From contig CAVRCI010000008.1 of assembly GCA_963719495.1 (NCBI GenBank), forward strand, positions 32,001 to 96,000: a DNA stretch of 64,000 nucleotides, read 5' to 3'. This document shows, piece by piece, positions 9,597 to 20,009 of this stretch; within the stretch, counting starts at the first letter, position 1; each line of letters begins with the position of its first letter. The notes below the pieces were generated by a model that did no database searches, was not told the origin of the DNA, and worked only from the letters and a program-made list of their open reading frames with translations. The stretch is from an uncultured Verrucomicrobiae bacterium (lineage in GTDB: Bacteria > Verrucomicrobiota > Verrucomicrobiia > Chthoniobacterales > JAATET01). The position numbers and the translations under genes are program-made.

Positions 9597-11981
9597 CTAG
9601 TTTTTTCGGGACTCCAACATTTGGGTTAGGGTTTGAACGCGGGCTTGGTTTGGAAAGGCTTGGCGGAGGTTCGTGATGGTTGGGGTTAAGCTTTCCAGGT
9701 CGACTCGTTCGTCGCCTCTGAGGTGGTCGGCTAGGAGGGTGGCGGCTCCAGCTAGTTGGATGCTTGGGGAGGCCTGGTCGAAGGTTGGGGCGTTGGGGTC
9801 GTAGGGGATCGTCCAGGAGCGCTCGACCATCTGGTCGGTGGCGGGGTCGCGGAAGCGGACGAAGACTTCGCCGACTTCGCCGCGGCCTTCGGGGATGGGT
9901 TCGATCTGGTAGAGGGCGACGCCGGCTTCTTCGGCGGAGAGTTCGGCGGCGTCGACCTGGTCGTTGCGGAAGTCTTCGGCTTTTAATCGGTGTTCGTCGA
10001 AGCCGAGGAGGCGGTAGCGGGCGACGCGGTCGGGGTTGAAGACGACCTGGACTTTGACGTTCTCGGCGGCGGGGCGGAGGGCGCCGGCGAGTTGGCGCGC
10101 GAAGTTGGCTTCGGCGTCCTGGGGAGTGTTGAGGAAGTAGTAGCGGCCGTCGCCGCGGCGGGTGAGGGCTTCGAGGATGGTGTCGTTGAGGCCCTTGGCT
10201 CCGACCCCGGCGGCGTCGAAGGAGATGCCAAGCTGGCGGGTCTTCGTGACCCCGGCGGCGAGACGGTCGGGGTCGGCGTCGCCGAGGTTGGCGGCTCCGT
10301 CGGTGAGGAGGACGATGCGGTTCTGGGCGGCGGGCAGGAATTGCTTGGTGGCGAGTTCCGAGGCGAGGGCGAGGGCGGTCTCGAGGTTGGTGCCGCCGGC
10401 GGCTGGGGTGCGGGCGGCGATGTCGGCGAGCTGGGCGGCTTGGTCGCCGGGGACGTTCTCGGCGAGGAGGCGGGGGGTGCGGGCGAAGCCGACGAGGTTG
10501 ACGCGGTCGTCGGGGCCGAGCTGGGGGGCGAGCGTTTCGAGGGCTTGGCGGACGGTGGCGGCGCGGTCGGCGCGCTCCATCGAGCCGGAGGTGTCGAGGA
10601 GGAAGGTGAGGCGGAGCGGTTGACCCGTGGCGCGACCGGCGGCGGCGACTTTGACGGCGATGCGGACGAGATTGCGTTGCTGGAGGAACGGGTGGGCGCT
10701 CTGCTCGACGCGGCAGGCGACGGGTTCGCCAGCGGCGGGTGACGGGTCGTTGTAGTCGAAGGCGTTGGTGAACTCCTCGGGGCGGATGCGGGCGGGGTCG
10801 GGGGCCTCGCCGCGGGCCAAGGCGTCGGCGGCGAGCTGGAAGGAAACGTCGCCAACGTGGAGGGAGAAGGTTGAGATGGGTTCGTCGGCGGTGAGGGTTT
10901 CCGACTGGAAAGGGGCCTGCTTGGTCTTGGAAAGCTCGGATTTGCGTCCGATCTCGTCGACGACCGAGTCCAGATCCATCTTGAGTTCGTCCTCGGGGGG
11001 CGAAACGTCGACGCCGCGGAACATGTAGACGGAGTCCCAGCCGGTCGAGAGGTCGGCGTTCCAAAATTGGTCGTCCTTTGCGTCGATAGCGGACTTGTCG
11101 ACGATGGTGGTTCGGCTTTCTCCGATCGTGACCGCCCGCCCTCGTGCGTCGATTTCACGGGAAGCTGACGGCGCGGCGGGGCGAGCTGTTTGCGAGAGGA
11201 TGGGCTGATTAATGACATCTCCAGGAACTCCTTCGACGGGCACAATCGGACTGCCGTAGTTGATAAAGCCTTCGAATTCGGGCGCGGGGCCCGCGCCATT
11301 CTGGGCTGCGGCTAGGTTTCGCGAAGGGAGTTGTTCGGCGATTTCGTCCGCGAGGAGTTGCTCTTCCAAAACGCTGCTGGATCGGGATCTTTCCGCTCTT
11401 GCGATGTCCTTCGAGGCGGGAGCCGCAGGGGTGTTCATCGCCATGAGTTCCGAGGTGGGAGTTCGCTCGCTTGCTGTGAACCCGGATCCGTTTTCTCGGT
11501 TCGTGAAAGCTTCGTCGACGAAGCCCCCTTCGCCGCCTTCGAAGTCGGCTGGTCCCTGAACAGTTTGTCGCGTCGTGGTCGTCAGAAGCGGGATCGCGAT
11601 CGCCGTGACGATGAGGCAGGCGGCTAGGGGGACGAGGATGCGGGGGGTCGACCAGTTGCGCCGAGTGGGCGAGAGGACGCGGACGGTTTCGCTTGGTTCG
11701 GCGGTGACGGTGCCGATGGCGGCGAGGAGTTGGGCGCGGCGGTCGGGAGCGAGGCGGAGGGGTTCGGCGTCGGGGTGGGTGGCGGTGCCGACGAGGTCGT
11801 GGATGGCGGTGATGCGGCGACGGAAGAGGGCGAGCTCGGGGTTGTCCGCGAGGTGGCGGTCGAGTTCGGCGGCCTCGAAGGCGGAGGTCTCGCCGAGGAC
11901 GTGGGCGACGACGCGGGCTTCGAGGGCGGGGTCGATCCAGGGCTGGGGTTGATTTTCGTCGTTGGGGTTCATGGTGTTCAC
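9597..11981 (-). CDS. Anti-sigma-like N-terminus + TM helix + vWA (YfbK/DUF3520-type) protein
   Basis: LEARVVAHVLGETSAFEAAEL anti-sigma-like start; TM LVPLAACLIVTAIAIPLL; STFSLHVGDVSF, RPEEFTNAFDY, MIDAS DTSGSM, LLTDG, VQVVFNP..YRLLGFD..DFRND..DAAE. Confidence 0.85.
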   Translation of the reverse strand: MNTMNPNDENQPQPWIDPALEARVVAHVLGETSAFEAAELDRHLADNPELALFRRRITAIHDLVGTATHPDAEPLRLAPDRRAQLLAAIGTVTAEPSETVRVLSPTRRNWSTPRILVPLAACLIVTAIAIPLLTTTTRQTVQGPADFEGGEGGFVDEAFTNRENGSGFTASERTPTSELMAMNTPAAPASKDIARAERSRSSSVLEEQLLADEIAEQLPSRNLAAAQNGAGPAPEFEGFINYGSPIVPVEGVPGDVINQPILSQTARPAAPSASREIDARGRAVTIGESRTTIVDKSAIDAKDDQFWNADLSTGWDSVYMFRGVDVSPPEDELKMDLDSVVDEIGRKSELSKTKQAPFQSETLTADEPISTFSLHVGDVSFQLAADALARGEAPDPARIRPEEFTNAFDYNDPSPAAGEPVACRVEQSAHPFLQQRNLVRIAVKVAAAGRATGQPLRLTFLLDTSGSMERADRAATVRQALETLAPQLGPDDRVNLVGFARTPRLLAENVPGDQAAQLADIAARTPAAGGTNLETALALASELATKQFLPAAQNRIVLLTDGAANLGDADPDRLAAGVTKTRQLGISFDAAGVGAKGLNDTILEALTRRGDGRYYFLNTPQDAEANFARQLAGALRPAAENVKVQVVFNPDRVARYRLLGFDEHRLKAEDFRNDQVDAAELSAEEAGVALYQIEPIPEGRGEVGEVFVRFRDPATDQMVERSWTIPYDPNAPTFDQASPSIQLAGAATLLADHLRGDERVDLESLTPTITNLRQAFPNQARVQTLTQMLESRKN

Positions 11982-12565
11982 CCGAGGCTGCCGTCGATGC
12001 CGGCGTGACGCAGGGCGTCGGCGAGGTTTTTGAGAAGGTGGTGGAGCTTGTAGCCGACGTTGCCGACGGTCAGTCCGGTGCGCTGGCTGATTTGCTGATA
12101 CTTGAGGTCGTCGTGGTATTTGAGGTGGATGAGGGCTTGGTCTTCGGGGGGGAGTTCGGCGAGGAGGAGGCGGATCATGCCGACGGCTTCGAGGCGGCCG
12201 AGGGCTTCGTCGGGGGGGTGGTCGGGGGCGGGGGTGTCGGGTGGGTCTTCGTCGGTCTCGCGGGCGTGGTCGCGGAGGTGGTTGAGGGCGAGGTTGCGGA
12301 GGCTGCGGTAGAGCCAGGCGCGGGGGTTTTCGACCTGGTCCCAGAGTTGGTGGAGGCGGAGGAAGGCTTCCTGGACGAGTTCTTCGGCGACGGAGCGGCG
12401 GCCGACGAGGCCGAGGGCGAAGTGGAAGGTGGCGCTCTCCTCGGCGGCGAAGAGGGCGGCAACGGTGGGCTTGGTGGCGGGTGTGGCGGGGGTTCGGGGA
12501 AATTGGATCGGCTCCTTCGCGTCGGCGGACGCGGATTCGGGTTGGCGGGGGAGCGGGGCGGTCAT
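11978..12565 (-). CDS. ECF-family RNA polymerase sigma-70 factor
   Basis: AEELVQEAFLRL, AWLYRSLRNLALNHLR (region 2); LKYQQISQRTGLTVGNVGYKLH (region 4); overlaps next gene by 4 nt. Confidence 0.9.
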   Translation of the reverse strand: MTAPLPRQPESASADAKEPIQFPRTPATPATKPTVAALFAAEESATFHFALGLVGRRSVAEELVQEAFLRLHQLWDQVENPRAWLYRSLRNLALNHLRDHARETDEDPPDTPAPDHPPDEALGRLEAVGMIRLLLAELPPEDQALIHLKYHDDLKYQQISQRTGLTVGNVGYKLHHLLKNLADALRHAGIDGSLG

Positions 12566-12704
12566 GGATCCGGGGAGGATGTCGGCCTCCTGTTTATCAA
12601 GACACGCGGGGCGTGGCTTTCTTAGAATTTAGTTTCTGGGGGGGGTTGGGGGAGCTGCTGATTGGTGATTGGTGAGGGGATTTGTTCGGCTTTGCCGAAT
12701 TTGG

Positions 12705-12738
12705 TTGGGTCGGCGATTTCGAAATCGCCGCTCCTTGA
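12705..12738. repeat. REP-like palindrome family A copy
   Basis: ttgggtcggcgatttcgaaatcgccgctccttga. Confidence 0.8.
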
Positions 12739-12764
12739 GCTGGCTTGGTAGGGTTTTACCCGCA

Positions 12765-13967
12765 ATGAAAGCGCTTCTTCTGACCAACGAATATCCTCCC
12801 AACATCTACGGGGGGGCGGGGGTTCACGTGGACTATCTCAGCCGGGGGTTGGCGGCGTTTGTGGACGTGGAGGTGCGGTGCTTTGGGGATCAGGATGTTG
12901 CGGGGGAGCATTTGAGAGTGGAGGGGTTTGGGTTGGATGCGGCGGGGTTTCAATGTCCGAAGGAGTTGCGGTCGGCGTTTGGGGCGGTGCGGCGGTGTTT
13001 GGATTTCAATACGGCGGGGATCGACGCGGATCTCGTTCACTGCCACACGTGGTATTCGCACTTCGGCGGTTTGCTCGCGAAGTTGAACTACGGGATTCCG
13101 TTGGTGGTGACGGTGCACAGCCTGGAGCCATTGCGGCCTTGGAAGCGGGAGCAGCTGGGGCGGGGGTATGATTTTTCGAGTTGGTTGGAGAAGACGACGA
13201 TGGAGATGGCGGACGCGGTGATCGCGGTGTCGGCGGAGACCAAGGCGGACATTCTGCGGCTCTTCGACATTCCCGAGGAGCGGGTTCCCATCATTTACAA
13301 TGGGATCGATCTGGAGGAATACCAGCGGACGGATTCGACGGCTTCGCTGGAGCGGTTGGGGGTCGATCCGGCGGTGCCTTACGCGTTGTTCGTGGGGCGG
13401 ATCGCGCGGCAGAAGGGAATCATTCACCTGGTGAACGCGATCCGGCACCTGGACCCGGGGTTTCAGGTGGTGCTGTGCGCGGGGGCGCCGGATACGCCGG
13501 AGATCGCGGCGGAAATGAAGTCGGCGGTGGCGGCGGCGCAGGCGGAGCGGGGCGGGATCGTGTGGGTGGAGGAGATGGTCGATACGCCGACGAAGATCGA
13601 ACTTTACAGCGGGGCGGCGGTGTTCATTTGTCCGTCCATTTACGAGCCGTTTGGGATCATCAACCTGGAGGCGATGGCGTGCGAGACGGCGGTGGTGGCG
13701 AGCGCGGTGGGGGGGATTAAAGAGGTGGTCGTGGACGGGGAGACGGGGGTGCTCGTGGAGCTGGATCAGATGGCGGAGAGTCCGTTCGAGCCGAAGGACC
13801 CGGAGGCTTTCGCGCGGGCGCTGGCGGTGGCGGTGAATGGGGTGATGGGGGACGAGGGGAAGCGGACGGCGATGGGATTGGCGGGGCGGAAGCGGGTGGA
13901 GGAGATGTTTGGGTGGGACGCGATCTCGAAGCGGACCGCGGAGCTTTACAAGACGCTGGTGAGGTGA
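12765..13967 (+). CDS. glgA: GT4 glycogen synthase (actinobacterial-type GlgA/GlgM, maltose-1-phosphate synthase family)
   Basis: LTNEYPPNIYGGAGVHV, HCHTWY, HSLEPLRPWKREQLG, CPSIYEPFGIINLEAMAC. Confidence 0.88.
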   Translation: MKALLLTNEYPPNIYGGAGVHVDYLSRGLAAFVDVEVRCFGDQDVAGEHLRVEGFGLDAAGFQCPKELRSAFGAVRRCLDFNTAGIDADLVHCHTWYSHFGGLLAKLNYGIPLVVTVHSLEPLRPWKREQLGRGYDFSSWLEKTTMEMADAVIAVSAETKADILRLFDIPEERVPIIYNGIDLEEYQRTDSTASLERLGVDPAVPYALFVGRIARQKGIIHLVNAIRHLDPGFQVVLCAGAPDTPEIAAEMKSAVAAAQAERGGIVWVEEMVDTPTKIELYSGAAVFICPSIYEPFGIINLEAMACETAVVASAVGGIKEVVVDGETGVLVELDQMAESPFEPKDPEAFARALAVAVNGVMGDEGKRTAMGLAGRKRVEEMFGWDAISKRTAELYKTLVR

Positions 13968-14061
13968 TTCTTGCCCGCTAAACACGCGAATGACGCGAAT
14001 GGGGGTGAGGTGGTGGGCTGGAATTTCTTCGCGTTTGCGGGCGGCGGCGTGAGACAGGTAG

Positions 14062-15168
<1,107 letters not shown>

Positions 15169-15170
15169 GG

Positions 15171-15267
15171 TTGGTGCGGCGATTGAAAATCGCCGTTCCT
15201 TGACAACTTCGGCGGCTGGAGCCGGAGCGTAGCGGAGACAGACGAAGTCAACCCTCCGCTCCTTGAA
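15171..15267. repeat. REP family A copy followed by a related palindrome carrying a ~30-bp insert
   Basis: cggcgattgaaaatcgccgttccttga then cggcggctgga-gccggagcgtagcggagacagacgaagtcaa-ccctccgctccttga. Confidence 0.65.
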
Positions 15268-15287
15268 GTAGAAGCTTCCGTCGTAAG

Positions 15288-15361
15288 TGGCTGCCTCACA
15301 AGGACTCGAACCTTGACAAACAGATCCAGAATCTGCAGTGCTACCATTACACCATGAGGCA
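15288..15361 (-). tRNA. tRNA-Gln (anticodon CTG)
   Basis: Reverse complement TGCCTCA TGGTGTAATGGTAGCAC TGCAGA TT CTG GA TCTGT TTGT CAAGG TTCGAGT CCTTG TGAGGCA GCCA: cloverleaf, T-loop TTCGA, encoded CCA. Confidence 0.97.
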
Positions 15362-15457
15362 ATCTCGCGGGTGCGGGTGGGAGAAGGTGGCGGAAGTTCC
15401 GGGGGATGACAACTTTGTTTTTGGGGGTGCGACTCGGTTTCGGGTAGACCTGTGGGG

Positions 15458-15892
15458 ATGAAGTCTTGGTGGTTTTTGGCGCTTTGCGCTCTGGTCGTGA
15501 GCGGATGCTCGAGCGTGGGGGGTGGGAAACCGGCGGGGCAGTCGCAGGTGGTGATCTCGGGGCACTCCGAAGGGGAAATTCAGATGAAGGCGGAAGACGT
15601 GTTTTTCCGGCATGGGTTTGCCTTCAAGGGTGGCGATTCGGACAAATTGTTCTTCGAACGGGCGGGCGGGACGCTCGATAATCTGCTCTACGGAAATTGG
15701 CAGGGCGAGGACACCTATACGAAGGTGACGGTCTTCGTCACGCGGCGGGACGATGATTCGTTCGAACTCCGGGCCCGATCGGTGGTGGTGCGGGATACGT
15801 TCGGTGAGGCGGTCGACGAAGAGAATTTCGACATTCAAGGGGCGCGGTATGGTGTGATCCTGAAGAAGATCGCAGCGGAGTTGCGGGAATGA
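15458..15892 (+). CDS. Hypothetical lipoprotein
   Basis: MKSWWFLALCALVVSGC lipobox; coding-like composition. Confidence 0.75.
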   Translation: MKSWWFLALCALVVSGCSSVGGGKPAGQSQVVISGHSEGEIQMKAEDVFFRHGFAFKGGDSDKLFFERAGGTLDNLLYGNWQGEDTYTKVTVFVTRRDDDSFELRARSVVVRDTFGEAVDEENFDIQGARYGVILKKIAAELRE

Positions 15893-15911
15893 GGACTCAG
15901 CCATTCTTTGG

Positions 15912-16006
15912 TGTCATTCTGAGCTTTGCGAAGAATCTCTGACTTGTCAGGCAAAGGTGACACCAGTTCGGGAGGTCAGAGATTCTTCACTTCGTTCAGA
16001 ATGACA
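15912..16006. repeat. Long inverted-repeat element (GTCATTCTGA...TCAGAATGAC), possible bidirectional terminator / MITE-like unit
   Basis: tgtcattctgagctttgcgaagaatctctgac pairs with gtcagagattcttcacttcgttcagaatgaca; lies between convergent genes. Confidence 0.8.
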
Positions 16007-16035
16007 GGTTGAAGGAGGACGGGCGTTGGGGCGGA

Positions 16036-17085
16036 TTACAGGAGTTCTGTGGGAAGCTTGGTTTGGAGTTGCTTCACTCGCTGGGCGGAGTTGCGGTGGC
16101 AGACGAGGATGGCGTCTTCGGTCTCGACGACAACGAGGTCGCTGACTCCGCAGAGGGCGATGGTGCGACCGTTGGAGACGGTGATGTTGTTGTGGGAATC
16201 AACGGAGACGGCGGGGCCGCGGGCGGTGTTGTTGTTCTCGCCGGTGCCGAGGTGGGCGGGGAGGGCGGTCCAGGTGCCGACGTCGTCCCAATCGAAGGCG
16301 GCGCGGACGGCGATGACATTGGCGGCCTTTTCCATGATGGCGTAGTCCACCGAGATCTTGGGCAGGTCGGCGAAGGTGCGGGCGAGGTAGTCGTCGCAGT
16401 CGCCGGCTGGGAATTCGCGAATGAACGGGGCGAGTTCGGGGGCGAGGCGGTCGCACTCGGTGAGAAAGGTGTCGGCGCTCCAGAGGAACATGCCGGCGTT
16501 CCAACCGAAGCGGCCGCTGGCGAGGTATTCTTCGGCGAGGTCGACGTTGGGTTTTTCGACGAAACGGACGACGCGGCAGACTTCGGCGGGCTGACCGGGG
16601 ATTTCGTCGCCGAGCTCAAGGTAGCCGAAGCCGGTGGCGGCGTGGGACGGGGTGATCGAGAAGGTGAGGACGGCGTCGGTGCCGGTGACGGCGGCGGCGG
16701 CGGACTCGAGCTGGCGCTGGAAGGTGGCGTTGTCGTGGATCATCGCGTCGGCCGGGAGGAGCGCGATGGTGGCGTCGGGCTGGCGGGCGCGGGCGAAGCC
16801 GGTGGCGAGGGCGGCGGCGGGGGCCGTGTCGCGTTTGGCGGGTTCGGCGATGAAGTTCCCGGGTGGGAGATTCGGGACGGCGGCGCGGCAGGATTCGAGT
16901 TGGGTGGCGTTCGTGAGAACGAAGACGCGGTCGAGCGAGACGACGCCGAGGGCGCGGTCGACGGCTTCTTCGAGCAGGGTCTTCTCGCCGAGGAGGCGGA
17001 GGAGGTGCTTGGGCGTGCGCGTGCGGCTCATGGGCCAGAAACGCTCGCCGGTCCCGCCGGCCATGATGAAAATGAAGAGGTTCAT
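16036..17085 (-). CDS. manC: Mannose-1-phosphate guanylyltransferase
   Basis: IMAGGTGERFWPMSR..PK, EPAKRDTAPA, FVEKP, WNAGMF, ISVDYAIMEK, WDDVGTW. Confidence 0.92.
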   Translation of the reverse strand: MNLFIFIMAGGTGERFWPMSRTRTPKHLLRLLGEKTLLEEAVDRALGVVSLDRVFVLTNATQLESCRAAVPNLPPGNFIAEPAKRDTAPAAALATGFARARQPDATIALLPADAMIHDNATFQRQLESAAAAVTGTDAVLTFSITPSHAATGFGYLELGDEIPGQPAEVCRVVRFVEKPNVDLAEEYLASGRFGWNAGMFLWSADTFLTECDRLAPELAPFIREFPAGDCDDYLARTFADLPKISVDYAIMEKAANVIAVRAAFDWDDVGTWTALPAHLGTGENNNTARGPAVSVDSHNNITVSNGRTIALCGVSDLVVVETEDAILVCHRNSAQRVKQLQTKLPTELL

Positions 17086-17128
17086 TTTCGAGTTATTGGT
17101 TCTTGGTTCATGGTTATTGGTAATGAAT

Positions 17129-19756
17129 TCAGCCGAGGGCGGCTTTGGCGGCTTGGAGGGTCGTGAGGCGGTCGGCCCAGGCTTTTTGGCGGTCGCGGTG
17201 CTCGGTGATGACTTCGGGTGGGGCGTTGGTGACGAACTTTTCGCTGCTGAGTTTGCGGGCGACTTTTTCGAGTTCGGCTTCGACTTTCTTGATTTCGCCG
17301 TCGAGGCGTTCGCGCTCGGTGGCGGGGTCGACGAGGCCTTCGAGGGGGAGGTAGATCTCGCCGATGGCGGTGGCGGCGACAGCCATGCCAGCGGGGGCTT
17401 CCCCGGTCTCGACGTCGAGCGATTTGGCGTTGAGGAGGGTGGCGAGAGCGGGGAGCTCGGGTTCGAGCCAATCGACGGACGGGCGGATGCGCCAGGGGAG
17501 CTTCTGGCTGGACGGAAGGTTGAACGTGGCTCGAAGCGTCCGGGCGGTGCCGATGGCTTCGTAGAAGTCGGCGGCTTGCTGGGTGGCCGTCGGATCGCCG
17601 AGGCCGGTCGTCGTGGGCCAGTGCTCGTATTGGATCGTCGTCGTCCCGAAGCCGAGGCCGTGCCAGAGCTCCTCCGTCAGAAACGGGGCGTAGGGGTGGA
17701 GGAGGACGAGGACGCGGCGAATGGTGACGTCGATGGCGGCGAGAGTGCCGGCCTTGCGGGCGGGGTCCTCGGAGATGAAATCGGATTTGGCGGCCTCGAT
17801 GAAGCGGTCGCAGAAGTCGCCCCAGACGAAGTCGTAGAGCGCTTGGGCGATGTCGCTGAACCGGTAGGTCGCGTAGCCGTCTTCGATGCGGTCGATGGTG
17901 GCGTCGAGTTTGCCGAGGAGATCGCGGGCGAAGATCGAGAGGGTGGCTGGGTCGGGAGCGGCGGCGGGGTCGATGGGACCCTGGAGGAGTCGGAAGCGGC
18001 AGGCGTTCCAGAATTTGTTACAGAAATTGCGGCCTTCGACGATCTGGAGTTCGTCGAATTTGATGTCCTGCCCGGCGGGGGCGATCCGCATGAGGCCGAA
18101 GCGGAGGCCGTCGGCGCCGAATTTGGCGATGAGGTCGAGCGGGTCGGGGGAATTGCCGAGCGACTTCGACATTTTCTTGCCGCCCTTGTCGCGGATGATG
18201 CCGGTGAAGTAGACGTCGCGGAACGGGATTTCGCCGGTGTATTCGAGGCCGGCCATGATCATGCGGGCGACCCAGAAGAAGATGATGTCGGGGCCGGTGA
18301 CGAGGACGCTGGTGGGATAAAATTTCGCGCGGGTCGGCGCGTCCATCGTCTCGTGCGCCCAGAGCCAGGAGGAGAACCAGGTGTCGAGGACGTCGGGGTC
18401 CTGCGTCCAGTTCTCGCCAGGGCTCTCGAACTGGACCTTGATTGCGGATTGCGGATTGCGGATTGCGGATTGCGGTGAGTCGGTGGGCGGATACCAGACG
18501 GGGATGCGGTGGCCCCACCAGAGTTGGCGGGAAATGCACCAGTCCTGGATGTTCTCAAGCCAGTGGTCGTAGACTTTTTCCCAGCGCTCGGGGAAGAAGC
18601 GGATGAGGTGATCGCGGACCGTGGCGCGGGCTTCGGCGGTTTTTGGGTAGCGGAGGAACCACTGTTCGCTGAGGCGGGGTTCGATCGGGACACCGGCGCG
18701 CTCGGAGAAGCCGACCGTGTTCTGGTAGGGTTCCTCTTTCACGAGGAGGTCGAGCTCGGCGAGGGTGGCGGCGGCCTTTTTCCGGGCTTCGAAACGGTCG
18801 AGGCCGGCGAAATCGGCACCCGCGAGGGCGTTCATGGTGCCGTCGGGGTCGAGGACGTCGATCGTGCCGAGGCCGTGGCGTTGGCCGATCTCGTAGTCGA
18901 CCTTGTCGTGGGCGGGGGTGACTTTGAGGACGCCGGTGCCGAATTCGAAATCCACGGATTCGTCGCCGACGATGGGGATCGCGATCTGATTTTCGACCGG
19001 GAGCGGGCGGCGGACGTGCAGGCCGATGAGGTCGGCGTAGCGGGGGTCGGCGGGGTTCACGGCGACGCCGGTGTCGCCCATGATCGTCTCGGGGCGCGTG
19101 GTGGCGATTTCCAGGAAGGTGCCGGGTCGCTCGACGATTTCGACTTTGAAGTGATAGAGGAAGCCGCGCTGGGGGGTGGGGATCACCTCTTCGTCGCTGA
19201 GGGCGGTGAGGGAGGCGGGGCACCAGTTCACCATGCGCTTGCCGCGGTAGATGAGACCCTTGGCGTGGAGGTCGACGAAGGTCTCCTGGACTTTGCGCGC
19301 GTAGGCGTCGTCCATGGTGAAGCGTTCGCGGGTCCAGTCGCAGGAGCAGCCGAGCTTTTTGAGCTGATTGATGATGATGCCGCCGTGCTTCTCCTTCCAC
19401 TCCCAGACGCGCTCGAGGAAGGCGTCGCGGCCGAGGTCGTGGCGGGTTTGGTTTTCCTCCTTGCGGAGGCGCTTTTCGACGACGGTCTGGGTGGCGATGC
19501 CGGCGTGGTCGGTGCCGGGAAGCCAGAGGACTTCGTGGCCGGTGAGGCGGGCCCGGCGGGCGAGGATGTCCTGGATGGTGTTGTTGAGGACGTGGCCGAG
19601 GGTGAGGACGCCGGTGACGTTGGGCGGCGGGATGACGATGGAGTAGGCGGGCTTCGGCGAGGCGGAGTCGGCGGCGAAATCGCCGTCGGCGAGCCACTGG
19701 GCATACCATTTCTCTTCGACGGACTGGGGTTCGTAGGATTTCGCGATCTCGGACAT
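17129..19756 (-). CDS. valS: Valine--tRNA ligase
   Basis: PPPNVTGVLTLGH (HIGH-type), GTDHAGIATQ, DWCISRQLWWGHRIP, DVLDTWFSS, KMSKS; ATG at 19756. Confidence 0.97.
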   Translation of the reverse strand: MSEIAKSYEPQSVEEKWYAQWLADGDFAADSASPKPAYSIVIPPPNVTGVLTLGHVLNNTIQDILARRARLTGHEVLWLPGTDHAGIATQTVVEKRLRKEENQTRHDLGRDAFLERVWEWKEKHGGIIINQLKKLGCSCDWTRERFTMDDAYARKVQETFVDLHAKGLIYRGKRMVNWCPASLTALSDEEVIPTPQRGFLYHFKVEIVERPGTFLEIATTRPETIMGDTGVAVNPADPRYADLIGLHVRRPLPVENQIAIPIVGDESVDFEFGTGVLKVTPAHDKVDYEIGQRHGLGTIDVLDPDGTMNALAGADFAGLDRFEARKKAAATLAELDLLVKEEPYQNTVGFSERAGVPIEPRLSEQWFLRYPKTAEARATVRDHLIRFFPERWEKVYDHWLENIQDWCISRQLWWGHRIPVWYPPTDSPQSAIRNPQSAIKVQFESPGENWTQDPDVLDTWFSSWLWAHETMDAPTRAKFYPTSVLVTGPDIIFFWVARMIMAGLEYTGEIPFRDVYFTGIIRDKGGKKMSKSLGNSPDPLDLIAKFGADGLRFGLMRIAPAGQDIKFDELQIVEGRNFCNKFWNACRFRLLQGPIDPAAAPDPATLSIFARDLLGKLDATIDRIEDGYATYRFSDIAQALYDFVWGDFCDRFIEAAKSDFISEDPARKAGTLAAIDVTIRRVLVLLHPYAPFLTEELWHGLGFGTTTIQYEHWPTTTGLGDPTATQQAADFYEAIGTARTLRATFNLPSSQKLPWRIRPSVDWLEPELPALATLLNAKSLDVETGEAPAGMAVAATAIGEIYLPLEGLVDPATERERLDGEIKKVEAELEKVARKLSSEKFVTNAPPEVITEHRDRQKAWADRLTTLQAAKAALG
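18441..18475. repeat. (ATTGCGG)5 heptamer tandem repeat inside valS
   Basis: Five perfect copies, translated as PQSAIRNPQSAI. Confidence 0.9.
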
Positions 19757-19824
19757 GGGGCGGGAATACGTAGCAGGGGGGGCGGCGGGGAGACAACCCC
19801 GGAGGCGGGCGGGGCGGGGTGGGG

Positions 19825-19916
19825 TGCGATCCCTTCGGGATCGGTTTTGGGGGATCAGGGTGGTTCCGGGGATTTGCAATCCCCGGCTACTGTGGGTGTG
19901 ATCCCTTCGGGATGGG
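19825..19916. repeat. REP-like composite palindrome family B (GATCCC-TTC-GGGAT / CCGGGGATT..AATCCCCGG)
   Basis: Three hairpins; similar copy at 41870-41965 and inverted copy at about 42043-42124. Confidence 0.75.
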
Positions 19917-20009
19917 TGATCGCGGGGGGTGGTTGGGATTTGGGAGGGGGATGTTCAGTCGGAGAAACCGCTTGCGAAAGCGTCGGAGCGTTCCCACCTT
20001 CTGCCCCCT

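Noticed and set aside
15288..15900. tRNA-Gln as an integration site
   Set aside because: No integrase and no duplicated tRNA 3' end noticed; flanks are housekeeping genes
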